A DNA stretch of 64,000 nt from Candidatus Bathyarchaeota archaeon (GTDB taxonomy: Archaea; Thermoproteota; Bathyarchaeia; Hecatellales; Hecatellaceae): NCBI GenBank assembly GCA_052246995.1, contig JBQPWD010000002.1:64001-128000 (forward strand). Reading direction: 5' to 3'. A model generated the notes under the pieces. The model saw only the letters and a program-made list of their open reading frames with translations. It was not told the origin of the DNA and ran no database searches. The first letter of the stretch is position 1. Each line of letters starts with the position of its first letter. Shown piece after piece: positions 36,134-45,635 of this stretch. The translations under genes and the position numbers were made by a program.

Positions 36134-37261
36134 TCAACTTTTTTTAAATTTTTCTTCTACAATTTTTATACCGTCATCTCTAAGCATACTTATAATTTTG
36201 TTAAAATTTTTTTCATCCATTCCAAGTTTTTCCGGTGGAACTATACCTTTCATCTTTACCTCGTTTTTTGCCAACAATTGAACAACGGTAGAGGCTGTGT
36301 ATGCCGTTGTTCTCCCCATTGCTGTTACACCTTTCTCCTCATCATAGTAGTCTAGAAGATGGTAGGAGTAGATGTTTTCTACTTTATCTTTAACCCCGCT
36401 TACCTTAACCTTCATAACTACTAGGTCCTTGATTGACGGAAAACTCAAATTTTTCTCCAGTAGCTTGATGGTTAATTTACGTGGGGAAATGCCGTTTACA
36501 GGTTTATCATCAAAAAACCCTAATGCCTTCAACATTTTTATTTTTTCTGCATGTCCAGGGTGTCTTAAAGTTTTTTCCCACATGTTTTCCACTTTAACTG
36601 TGTGGTGAAGTGTTCTTACACCATCTGTGTAAAAAGCCTCCAACCTCCCTAAACCTGGAAACTCTAACTCCTCCAAAGCCTCAACTTCAACAGTTTTACC
36701 GTTTTTAACAATTTTTACCTTTCTAGTGTATTCCTCTATTAAGTCTTCAACACACCAAGTTACCTTATAGTTTAGAGGAGGTATGGGTGTTTGAGGTATT
36801 CCTCCAACAAGTATGACCACGTCTTTAACTTTGTCAAGCATGGTAACAGCCCTACCAACAAGTACGTTGCTTAAGCCAGGAGCAAGTCCACAGTCAGGTA
36901 TTATGGTTACGTTTGCCTTTAAAGCATCCTTGTTTAAGGTTAAAGGGTCCTCTGACATGTAGGAAAGGTCTACCATGTTGACACCAGCCTCTATCGCCGC
37001 TTTAACCGTTTTATAGCCCAGTCTTCCAGGAGACAATCCTATTAAGATGTCAAATTCGCCTGCTGTTTTAACAAGTTTTTTATAGTTGTTAAAGTCTAGT
37101 TGAAGAGGTGTAACATTACTTTTGTTTATGGAGGAAGCAACCTTTTCAACGGAATCCTTGTTTTCATCGGAGATAACAATTTCTGCTGAAGGAATTTTTT
37201 CAGATAGATATCTTACCAAAACTGAGCCTATGTATCCACAACCCATTGTAAGGATTTTCAT
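36134..37261 (-). CDS. Saccharopine dehydrogenase / lysine 6-dehydrogenase family
   Basis: GCGYIG Rossmann motif; DCGLAPGLSN; VGGIP; EAFYTDG.RT; EKTLR; AMGRTTAY. Confidence 0.88.
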   Translation of the reverse strand: MKILTMGCGYIGSVLVRYLSEKIPSAEIVISDENKDSVEKVASSINKSNVTPLQLDFNNYKKLVKTAGEFDILIGLSPGRLGYKTVKAAIEAGVNMVDLSYMSEDPLTLNKDALKANVTIIPDCGLAPGLSNVLVGRAVTMLDKVKDVVILVGGIPQTPIPPLNYKVTWCVEDLIEEYTRKVKIVKNGKTVEVEALEELEFPGLGRLEAFYTDGVRTLHHTVKVENMWEKTLRHPGHAEKIKMLKALGFFDDKPVNGISPRKLTIKLLEKNLSFPSIKDLVVMKVKVSGVKDKVENIYSYHLLDYYDEEKGVTAMGRTTAYTASTVVQLLAKNEVKMKGIVPPEKLGMDEKNFNKIISMLRDDGIKIVEEKFKKS

Positions 37262-37312
37262 ATTTTTCCCGTTTATTCTTGTTTTAAACTTTGATCATGT
37301 ATACGTAAATTG

Positions 37313-37576
37313 TTAGATGTCTCCATGTTCCTTTATTTTTGAATCTTCGTAGGGGCTTACCCATCTCCTGTAAAACTCTTGTTGAATACATGTTAACAAA
37401 CCCATAATTCTTTCATAGTTAAAATAGCTTGGCTTGTAAAGAGTTTTTAACGTTTTAGTAAACAAGTAGTTTAACTGTCCATCCCTGTCTTTATCTTCAA
37501 CCTTTTCAAAATAGTTTAAGATTTGGTTTAATATTTCATCCAGTTTTAACCTTTTTTCTGGTTTTATGTATGGCAT
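37313..37576 (-). CDS. Small conserved protein of a mainly phage-associated family (DUF6899-like)
   Basis: MPYI....R...GQLNY..T....Y....G.L.C...EFYRR...PYE..KI.E.GD signature recognised from memory. Confidence 0.6.
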   Translation of the reverse strand: MPYIKPEKRLKLDEILNQILNYFEKVEDKDRDGQLNYLFTKTLKTLYKPSYFNYERIMGLLTCIQQEFYRRWVSPYEDSKIKEHGDI

Positions 37577-37659
37577 GGTTACCCCCTAAATTGTTGATTA
37601 ACCCGTATAAGTTTTATAGGTTGATTGGAAAAATTATATTACGTGTAGCAGTTTCAAAC

Positions 37660-37803
37660 ATGACAGTTTACGAAGGTATTGAAGCTATGAATGAATGGCT
37701 TAATCAACTATCTTCACTGTCAGATAAACCGCTAATTCTCCTCCTAATCTACAGCCTGATACTGGTATTGATGTCGGTTGTAATAATTAAGATAGGAAAA
37801 TAA
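37660..37803 (+). CDS. Small single-TM membrane protein (possible start at ATG 37660)
   Basis: C-terminal hydrophobic LILLLIYSLILVLMSVVII followed by KIGK. Confidence 0.35.
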   Translation: MTVYEGIEAMNEWLNQLSSLSDKPLILLLIYSLILVLMSVVIIKIGK

Positions 37804-37956
37804 AAGCGTTTGTATAGTAGTGCTGTGTTAACATTATGCGTATGGTTTGCATGTTTAAGAAGATGTATTGTGTAAAGAGTCTAAGAACCAGGCCTTTTTA
37901 TCTATAGCAAGAAATTTTTAATTGTTTGAACGTGAATCCTGTAAAATAATGGCAGG

Positions 37957-38976
37957 TTAGGTTATACGTCTACTTTCTTCCTCTATTTTCTTTAATGCTT
38001 TAAGCCTTTTAACAATGTTTGGGTGGCTTGAAAAAAGCTCCATAATCCTGTCGGTAAACGTTATTTTCCTGGAAAGTATCTCGTTTACAAGTTGCTGGTC
38101 TGTTAAACGTCTAAACATTGGAAGGTTTAAAATGCTCACTTCATCCATTTCAGCCCTATCAGGGTCTGAAATAAACAAGGATTTAAACGCTCCTACAGCA
38201 CCAAGAGTCTCTTTAGCTTGGAAACTTTTCACCTTGGATGTGTTATGAACTATTTTTGCAAGAGCTTCTGAAAGTTTTCTTGCACCATCATCAACTGTTG
38301 TTGCACTTCTTCTATCAGCGTAGTACTCCCTGTATCTGCTTAAGCCTAAAACAAAGAGGGATAGTATCCAGTATACAACTAGGCATATAATGCCCAAAAT
38401 TGCCAGGTAACCAGCATTGTTACGGCTTCTATAACCTCCAAACCACCCTGAAAGCATTAAAGAATAACCTATAAAGTAGAATATTGCAGGTAAAACAGAT
38501 ACAAACATCATTATCTGAACATCTCTATGCTTTAAATGTCCAAGTTCATGTCCAATAACAGCTTCAACCTCCTCATCCTCTAAAACCTTTAAAAGTTCAC
38601 TAGTTACAGCAACACGCGACCCTGTTAACGGCGATCCGTAAGCAAAGGCGTTGGGTATGGGGATTTGGGCAATCATTACCTTAGGCATTTTTAAACCAAT
38701 TTTTTCACTAAGCCTTTTAACAGTGTTGTAAAGTTTAGGGTTATCCTTTGGTGAAAACTCCCTAGTACGGTAAATACTATCTATTATTTTAGGTGCAAAA
38801 AGCCATTGAAGAATGTTAAAAACAACAACAAGCATTGCAAGAAGAAGGATGTTTAAAGCTCCAACCAACGTTAGCACTATAGTGAAGAAAAGCGTTGAAA
38901 GCATTATAATAACGGTAAGGGTTCCATACATGGATAAACGTAGCTTCCATAGACCCATTTTTCCCAACCCCCACAC
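37957..38976 (-). CDS. htpX: Zinc metalloprotease HtpX (M48)
   Basis: PNAFAYG, HELGH, SRYREYYAD and FSSHP. Confidence 0.92.
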   Translation of the reverse strand: MWGLGKMGLWKLRLSMYGTLTVIIMLSTLFFTIVLTLVGALNILLLAMLVVVFNILQWLFAPKIIDSIYRTREFSPKDNPKLYNTVKRLSEKIGLKMPKVMIAQIPIPNAFAYGSPLTGSRVAVTSELLKVLEDEEVEAVIGHELGHLKHRDVQIMMFVSVLPAIFYFIGYSLMLSGWFGGYRSRNNAGYLAILGIICLVVYWILSLFVLGLSRYREYYADRRSATTVDDGARKLSEALAKIVHNTSKVKSFQAKETLGAVGAFKSLFISDPDRAEMDEVSILNLPMFRRLTDQQLVNEILSRKITFTDRIMELFSSHPNIVKRLKALKKIEEESRRIT

Positions 38977-39130
38977 ATTTTCTATAAAAGGAAAATTTAT
39001 GCTGCTTATAACTTTTACTCCGCTAAAGTTTAAAGTTCAAGTAGTGAAACAGTCGGTTCACACAGTTTCACAGTTTCCCTTAATATCAAGTTTAACGTGT
39101 AGTAATCTCAAGTTTCGGAGGTGGTAAGGG

Positions 39131-40312
39131 ATGGATGGATCTAAAATTTTGTCAATTTTAACAGCAGCCCTACTGCTTATTTCAGTTTCCACCATACAGG
39201 TTAACACAGTTTTTACCACTGTGTATGCTGAAAATACTTCAGAAACCCCCACACTAAAATTTTTAGCTAATGAGCTCATAGATATCGCAAACAAGTCAAA
39301 GGTTAAGGTTGAAGAAATTTTCGATGAACTTAAAACTCAGTATATGGGAGTTCCCCGTGAAGCTGAGGAACTTTACGTTGAGGGTGTTAAACTCCTAAAT
39401 GACGCCATTTCCTGCAGGGATAACGGAGACTATGCAAACGCATGCAGTTACGCCCTTAAAGCTATGCAAAAATTTAAGCTTGCTTTACAGACAGCCTACA
39501 AATTTGCTCTTAGAGTTGAAACCAAAGAGGAAGAGGAGAAAGCTTTTAACCTTGTTTGCTTAAGAACTGCAATATCAAGAGCCTACGATTTTGCTGATAG
39601 AATTGAGGCGTTGGCAAATTCAACTGAAGAAAAGTTTGGCGTTAATTTAACTACGGTAAAAAATGAAGTTGAAGATGCAAGAGTTCATTTAAATAATGCG
39701 GAAAGCCTTCTTGATGAGGGAAAGATTAACGAGGCCGCAAAAGAACTAGCCACGGCAAGAGGTATTCTAGGAAGATGTGTTGGTGAAATACACAGCACCG
39801 CAAAAAAACTTACGATTCCTAGAGCTGAACGTTATCTTAACCAGGTAAGGGAGCGGTTGCAAGCCCATGTTGAACAAATGTCTAGGTTTTTAAATAGATA
39901 CAGGGTTTCTGAAATGCTTCAAAACGCCTCCTACAGCATTACTACAGCTCAAGAGTACATCAAAAAGGGTGATGTTGAAAACGCTTTAAAGGAAATTGAG
40001 AAGGCAAAGGGGTATGTTGAAAAAAGTGTGGATGAAGTTAAAAGCTTAGAACCAGACACAGCTAAAATGATTAAAATGGCTGAAAAGTTTGAGGTTAGGT
40101 TAAGGTTGCTTGAAGGTATGCTTAAACACGCGAAAATTAAAGGACCTGAGCTGGCAGCAATTAAAGAAAAACTTGGTGAAGCAAAAAGCCTGGCTGCAAG
40201 GCTTTCAAATCAAATTAGGAATCAAAAAATTGGTGAAGCTGAGGAGACAGTAAAGTTTCTTGAAGAACTTTTAAAAAACATTGAGGAAAACATTTCTTCA
40301 CGTTCATCTTAA
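39131..40312 (+). CDS. Secreted all-alpha-helical repeat protein of unknown function
   Basis: Signal peptide; repeated A...L..A......G....A helical hairpins. Confidence 0.65.
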   Translation: MDGSKILSILTAALLLISVSTIQVNTVFTTVYAENTSETPTLKFLANELIDIANKSKVKVEEIFDELKTQYMGVPREAEELYVEGVKLLNDAISCRDNGDYANACSYALKAMQKFKLALQTAYKFALRVETKEEEEKAFNLVCLRTAISRAYDFADRIEALANSTEEKFGVNLTTVKNEVEDARVHLNNAESLLDEGKINEAAKELATARGILGRCVGEIHSTAKKLTIPRAERYLNQVRERLQAHVEQMSRFLNRYRVSEMLQNASYSITTAQEYIKKGDVENALKEIEKAKGYVEKSVDEVKSLEPDTAKMIKMAEKFEVRLRLLEGMLKHAKIKGPELAAIKEKLGEAKSLAARLSNQIRNQKIGEAEETVKFLEELLKNIEENISSRSS

Positions 40313-40319
40313 ACTTTTT

Positions 40320-41759
40320 TTAATCTTTTATTCCAGCTAAGTTTTCCGCCAACTTTCTTTTTTCCTCAAAGTTTACTGTTCTATAAATCTCTATTTTTTG
40401 GGCTTCAATAGAACCTGCTCCATGCCAAGTTGCAACACCATGTGTACCTGCAACCCAGTTTTGTATAAACTTTGTAATTCGCATTCTTTTTTCAGCTGGA
40501 ACCCTAGCTTTTAGATATTTTTTAATGTATTCTGATGTTTCAGGGTTTTTAAGCTCTTTTTCTGAGGGCATTGTTGCAGCTAAACCCCCACAAACATCTC
40601 CAAGTAAAGCCATAAGCCTCCAAAAACCCTCAGCACAATTAAGTTTTGCAACATTGCTAAAAATTCTATCAGGTAAGTATATTCCCGAACCTTCAGGCTC
40701 CTCTACACCTTTAAACGCTGCTGCAACAGCACATGCATGAAGGGTTTCATTTATTTTAACCATTTCAATAAGCTTCTCTCTTACATGAGGAGCATCAGAA
40801 ACTCCAAGATAGTCTGCTACCGCATGGGCTGCCCCTATCATTAAATCTCCAAAACCAACCTTACATGCTCCACCACAGGTCATTCTATGTGTTTTTGCAA
40901 AACGTGAAATTAAAGTTCCTGTAAACTCAACTTCTCCACACATAAAAACCCTATCCCATGGAACAAAAACATCATCAAAAATGATCATACATGTCTCCCT
41001 TACACCGTAAACAGGATTACCAAGGTAATATTGATCATCACTCATCAATCTTTCAGCATCTTGGGGGGTGTATTGACATATGTAAGTTATACCTTTAGAC
41101 TCACTTGGAATGGCGAAAGCTACAGCATATTCCTCCTCACCTTTACGGAAAGCAGTTCCAGGTATGACCAAATGTTCATGGGCAGCTATTGCCCCGCTTT
41201 GATGTACCTTTGCCCCTCTAACAATTATGCCCTCATTCCTTTTTTCAACAATCCTGATATACATGTCAGGGTCTTGTTCTTTAGGTCTTTTTCCCCTATC
41301 TCCTTTAACATCGGTAGCTGAGCCGCTTACCGCTAAATCATTTTTTTGAACCCATTTAACATAGTTAATAAGCCTTTCATGATATTTTGTTCCCAGTTTT
41401 TTATCCATTTCATAGGTTGTACTTGCCAACCCGTTTAACATGTCACAGGCTGGACATCTATAGTTACATGTTCCAAGAAGACGGCTTGTTAAAATAGCCA
41501 TTTCAACCCTTTTTTCAAGGTCATCTCTACTTTGAAAAAGATGAACATTTCTATTTACTATTTCATGTATGAGTGGAGAATAAGCAGTCATAACGTCTTG
41601 ATAGATTGGATTTTGAGCTAAATCGTAAATTTTAGCTGTAGCATCAACAACTGTTTTTGTAACAGGGTTCTTAACTACTGAATCTACCCTTTCACCATTT
41701 AAATATACTCGAAGTTTTAGCTTTTCAATGCTTTCTAAATATTCTTTTACAGTTTTCAT
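40320..41759 (-). CDS. abfD: 4-hydroxybutyryl-CoA dehydratase-like (HpaB/AbfD family)
   Basis: CNYRC, TDVKGDR, VRGAK.HQSG, FDDVFVPWDRVF, HR...G.CK.G and HGAGS. Confidence 0.82.
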   Translation of the reverse strand: MKTVKEYLESIEKLKLRVYLNGERVDSVVKNPVTKTVVDATAKIYDLAQNPIYQDVMTAYSPLIHEIVNRNVHLFQSRDDLEKRVEMAILTSRLLGTCNYRCPACDMLNGLASTTYEMDKKLGTKYHERLINYVKWVQKNDLAVSGSATDVKGDRGKRPKEQDPDMYIRIVEKRNEGIIVRGAKVHQSGAIAAHEHLVIPGTAFRKGEEEYAVAFAIPSESKGITYICQYTPQDAERLMSDDQYYLGNPVYGVRETCMIIFDDVFVPWDRVFMCGEVEFTGTLISRFAKTHRMTCGGACKVGFGDLMIGAAHAVADYLGVSDAPHVREKLIEMVKINETLHACAVAAAFKGVEEPEGSGIYLPDRIFSNVAKLNCAEGFWRLMALLGDVCGGLAATMPSEKELKNPETSEYIKKYLKARVPAEKRMRITKFIQNWVAGTHGVATWHGAGSIEAQKIEIYRTVNFEEKRKLAENLAGIKD

Positions 41760-41832
41760 ATTTTATTAACCTCAGTTTAGATTATGTAGTGTAGTAACTT
41801 ATATAAATAATGGTGCTGGTTACCTTATCTAA

Positions 41833-42591
41833 TTGATGAAAGCTGTAATCTTGGCTGGAGGTTACGCTCAACGTTTAAAACCCTTAACAAACAACAAAGC
41901 TAAACCTTTATTAAAAGTTGCTGGCAAACCTGTCATTGACTATATTTTAGAAAAAGTTTTAGAGATAAGGGAAAAAGCAGAAATTGATGAAATAATTATT
42001 TCAACAAACCTTAAATTTGAAGCCCAGTTTAAAGCATGGCTTAAAGAGAAAAATATTCCAATAAATGCTAGGATTGAAGTTGAGAGGTCTACAAGGGAGG
42101 AGGAAAAACCTGGAGCTGTTGCAGCCATAGCTTCAGCCACCGCGGAAAATACCAATGTAAACTACTTAATTATTGCTGGAGATAACATTTTTACAGATAG
42201 CTTACAAGGCATAATTAGTTTTTTTAAGGATAAAGATGCTACTACCCTTGGTGTTTACGATGTTAAAAGGAAGGCGCTTGCTAAAGAAGCCTCTGTTGTT
42301 GTTTTAGATTCTGATGGTAAAGTTGTAAAGTTTATCGAAAAACCTAAAAATCCAGATATCACGCTTGTTGGTACATGTATATATGTTCTTCATAAATGTT
42401 CTATACCTCTTCTTCATAGTTACGTTAAACTTGAAAACGTTGGAAAAGACCAGCCTGGAAGGTTTATTGAATGGCTTTACACCCATCAACCAGTTTATGG
42501 GTACGTTTTAAGTGGATACTGGAATGACATAGGAACACCTCAAACCTACAGAGAGGTTAACAACCTTTTTAAGAGGTTTGTAAGAAGATAG
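41833..42591 (+). CDS. Sugar-phosphate nucleotidyltransferase (NTP_transferase)
   Basis: ILAGGYAQRLKPLT...KPLL, AGDN, F.EKP and W.DIGTP. Confidence 0.9.
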   Translation: MMKAVILAGGYAQRLKPLTNNKAKPLLKVAGKPVIDYILEKVLEIREKAEIDEIIISTNLKFEAQFKAWLKEKNIPINARIEVERSTREEEKPGAVAAIASATAENTNVNYLIIAGDNIFTDSLQGIISFFKDKDATTLGVYDVKRKALAKEASVVVLDSDGKVVKFIEKPKNPDITLVGTCIYVLHKCSIPLLHSYVKLENVGKDQPGRFIEWLYTHQPVYGYVLSGYWNDIGTPQTYREVNNLFKRFVRR

Positions 42592-42659
42592 CTGAAACTT
42601 TATCTATCTTTACTCCCAATAATTTATTTTAACTCTAAAAACATTGTGGAGGAATTTTT

Positions 42660-43277
42660 TTGTTTAGAAATTATGAGTTAAAAATTCTTGGTATTGTTGG
42701 AAGTCCAAGAGCTGAAGGTAATACAAAAATACTGGTTGAGGAGGCTTTAAAAGCTGCCGTGGAAAGTTATAGTGCAAAAACGGAGCTTATTCTTCTTGCA
42801 GGTAAAAAAATAGAACCCTGTACGGCATGCGGTAACTGTTATGCTACTGGTGAATGTAACATTAATGATGATGCGAACCTTATTGTTAAAAAGTTTTTAG
42901 AGTATGATGGAATTATTCTTGGAAGTCCAGTATATATGGGCACGATTACAGCTCAACTTAAAGCCTTAATGGATAGAACAACAGTTTTTAAAACTCTTAA
43001 AGGCTCAAAGCTCAAAAATAAGGTTGGTGGTGGAATTGCTGTTGGTTTTGGTAGAAGTGGTGGTCAGGAAACAACACTAAGAACTATACATGATTTCTTC
43101 TTAACGCATGATATGATAGTTGTTGGTGATGGAACAAAGTATGGTGGAACTGCTGTAGCTTTTGCTGCAGGAGAAGTTAGAAAAGATGAGCTTGGATTAA
43201 AATTGTCAAGAAAACTTGGTAGAAGGGTTGCCGAAGTCGCTAGCTACATTAAGAAAGCCTCTCTAGTTGAAGGTTAA
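42660..43277 (+). CDS. Iron-sulfur flavoprotein (flavodoxin-like, Isf family)
   Basis: GSPR..GNT; CX2CX2CX5C; GSPVY; GGQETT. Confidence 0.88.
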   Translation: MFRNYELKILGIVGSPRAEGNTKILVEEALKAAVESYSAKTELILLAGKKIEPCTACGNCYATGECNINDDANLIVKKFLEYDGIILGSPVYMGTITAQLKALMDRTTVFKTLKGSKLKNKVGGGIAVGFGRSGGQETTLRTIHDFFLTHDMIVVGDGTKYGGTAVAFAAGEVRKDELGLKLSRKLGRRVAEVASYIKKASLVEG

Positions 43278-43319
43278 TTAGTATCCTCCTTCTTAAAGAA
43301 TACTCAGAGGTGGTTAAGA

Positions 43320-43574
43320 ATGTATAGAATAGTGGTTACCGCGAAAAAACAGCTTAAAGGTTACTGTCATATTCATAAGGAGGGTGACACCTTTATTGTT
43401 GAAGAGGGTCAAATTGTACGTTTAGTCAAGGGTAGTGGAATATGCATTTATGCTTTAGCTGCTATGCTTCCTTTCTTTCCAGCTTTATCCAAGGAACTTC
43501 CAGCAGACGATTGGATGTCTGCTAAAGTTCAAGAGTATATTTGCTTAGACCCTGAAAACACCATGCTTTTTTGA
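43320..43574 (+). CDS. TIGR04076-family small protein (C-terminus possibly frameshifted)
   Basis: GYC...K.GD.F, ICIYAL and CLDP motifs. Confidence 0.7.
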   Translation: MYRIVVTAKKQLKGYCHIHKEGDTFIVEEGQIVRLVKGSGICIYALAAMLPFFPALSKELPADDWMSAKVQEYICLDPENTMLF

Positions 43575-43620
43575 ACTTAAAAGAGAGAAAGTTTAAGCTA
43601 AAAACTTGTAAAAATCTTCC

Positions 43621-44067
43621 CTACTCTACAGGTATCCTAAACCCTACAACCTTTTTAGGTAAAATTATCTCAAGAACCCCTAACCTAAATCTTGCTTTAG
43701 CTCTTTTGGGGTCAACTAGGGTTGGAAGTTTTATTGTTTTCTTAAATACTTCAAATTCCACCCTTTGTAATGGTCCATAAAAATCTATTCTTATACATTC
43801 TCTCATAGGAGCCTCAACTCTCACCATACTTTCTGTTGCATTAATCTTTATATCCTCCTTTCTTACACACGGTAAATCTATTGTTATTATAATATTTTCC
43901 TCAGTTTCTGAAATATGGGTTAATGGTTGAAGTTCTTTGTTAGAAATATTTTGCATAGGAGCTTCAACTGGAAGCATAGGTCCCATAAACTCTTCAAAAA
44001 ATCGGTTAATTTCTTCACGAATTTCCTCAAAAACATCAAAAACTGTTCGCTTCTTACGTGTTGACAA
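43621..44067 (-). CDS. hsp20: Small heat shock protein Hsp20
   Basis: IDLPCV.KEDI, I.LP..VDP..AKARF..GVLEI.LPK and C-terminal IPVE. Confidence 0.9.
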   Translation of the reverse strand: MSTRKKRTVFDVFEEIREEINRFFEEFMGPMLPVEAPMQNISNKELQPLTHISETEENIIITIDLPCVRKEDIKINATESMVRVEAPMRECIRIDFYGPLQRVEFEVFKKTIKLPTLVDPKRAKARFRLGVLEIILPKKVVGFRIPVE

Positions 44068-44079
44068 CCAAATTCCCCC

Positions 44080-44844
44080 CTACACATATATTCCTCTAAG
44101 CTCTTGTTCTTGAACTTTTCTTAAAGCTTTCATTTGTTCGCTTGTTTTACGCATAAGCTCCCTAGCTTTAATTCTAATTTCTTCCTCCTTTTCCAGTAAG
44201 CTTTTAACATTAATGTTAACTCCAAATAAAGAATTCAAAACCTCAACTGTTGATGCTGCAGCCCCAGGATCTGGAAATTGCATATGTGATTCTGTAAGTA
44301 AAGTTATATTTGGCTGTTGTTCATTTATACAGTCTTTTACAAGTAAAGCATAAATACCAACAAGAATTCCCTCTTCAAACGGTTGAACCTTTAATTTTTC
44401 AAGCTCATTTTTAGCTTCAACAGTACTTCCAAAGCCGTAAACACTTGGTTTTTCTATCTCAAGCCTGTTGGGTGTTGCAATTCCTGTAACTCCCACAACA
44501 AATTTTGCATTATGTCGTTTAGCCCACAAGGTTATTGCTTTTGAAAGCTGGTAGATTGCTTGAACTGGAAATACTGTTTCGGATAAAACTACTACTAAGT
44601 TATCCTTAGCAAAAATCCTAACCTGCGGTTTAGGTTCATTTTTATGGACAATTATCATCGGTGGAAAAAGGTCAGACTCGAAATATCCCACTTCTTTCAT
44701 ATTTAAAGCTTGGACAATATGGGAAGTTGCTATCGGCCCAACCAATCCAACATCAGGAAGCCCAACAGTGATAACTGGTTTTTCGCTTTCAATTTTTGCT
44801 GTTTCAACTACTGTTATCTCGTTAAATTTTATTTTCTCCAACAA
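44080..44844 (-). CDS. PAC2-family proteasome assembly chaperone
   Basis: GLPDVGLVGPIA, FPDPGAA, C-terminal HbYX-like GIYV. Confidence 0.88.
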   Translation of the reverse strand: MLEKIKFNEITVVETAKIESEKPVITVGLPDVGLVGPIATSHIVQALNMKEVGYFESDLFPPMIIVHKNEPKPQVRIFAKDNLVVVLSETVFPVQAIYQLSKAITLWAKRHNAKFVVGVTGIATPNRLEIEKPSVYGFGSTVEAKNELEKLKVQPFEEGILVGIYALLVKDCINEQQPNITLLTESHMQFPDPGAAASTVEVLNSLFGVNINVKSLLEKEEEIRIKARELMRKTSEQMKALRKVQEQELRGIYV

Positions 44845-44952
44845 GCAAACACCACATAACTCAACATTTTGTGTAATCTAAGCCAAATCCAAATAAAGTT
44901 TTACTCTTCACCTAAAGAATAAAGAGAAAAGCTTATAAGCATATCTTAAATT

Positions 44953-44967
44953 CTAACTTTCAGTTAT
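44953..44967. promoter_or_regulatory. Putative archaeal heat-shock operator (CTAAC-N5-GTTAG-like)
   Basis: ctaac-tttca-gttat between divergent PAC2/hsp20 and grpE/dnaK, next to TATA-like cttataag. Confidence 0.5.
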
Positions 44968-45078
44968 TCTAACCTTAAAAGTTTAAACACGTAACTTGTT
45001 TGCGTTTAAAAACCCAGTCCACCTATGCCTCATCATGCCAGTATTGTTATCATATTTTCGCGGATAATAGTTTAAGGT

Positions 45079-45618
45079 TTGGTGTTAAACATGTCCTCAA
45101 CTAATACTCAGCATGAGAAAAAAGAAGAAAAGGAAGCTGAAATTGACACATTAAAAAAACTTCTGGATGAGGAACGTAAAAAATCTGAAGATTACCTTAC
45201 AAGGTTAAAATACCTTCAAGCTGATTTTGAAAACTACTTAAAAAGAGTTAAACGTGAAATTGAGGAGGCTGTTGATATTTCAAAAGGAAGACTTATTCAA
45301 AAACTTTTAGGGATTATTGACAACCTTGAGCTTGCATTAAAAGTAGGCTTAGAAAGTAAAAGTTTAGATGCCTTAATTAAGGGAGTTGAACTAACATTAA
45401 ACGAGTTTAAAAACATTTTAAAAGAAGAGGGTTTAACAAGCATTAAAGCTTTAGGTGAAAAGTTTAACCCAAACCTTCATGAAGCAGTTGGACATGTTGA
45501 AGTTTTAGACCCACCTGAAGGTATAGTAGTTGAAGAGTTAAGGAAAGGATACATGTTTAAGGATAGGGTTATACGACCAAGCATGGTTAAAGTTTCAAAA
45601 CTTAAAGCTAACTTATAA
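45079..45618 (+). CDS. grpE: Nucleotide exchange factor GrpE
   Basis: ADFENY.KR, F.P.LHEA and KGY....VIRPSMVKV. Confidence 0.93.
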   Translation: MVLNMSSTNTQHEKKEEKEAEIDTLKKLLDEERKKSEDYLTRLKYLQADFENYLKRVKREIEEAVDISKGRLIQKLLGIIDNLELALKVGLESKSLDALIKGVELTLNEFKNILKEEGLTSIKALGEKFNPNLHEAVGHVEVLDPPEGIVVEELRKGYMFKDRVIRPSMVKVSKLKANL

Positions 45619-45635
45619 TCAGGAGGTGGAGATGG

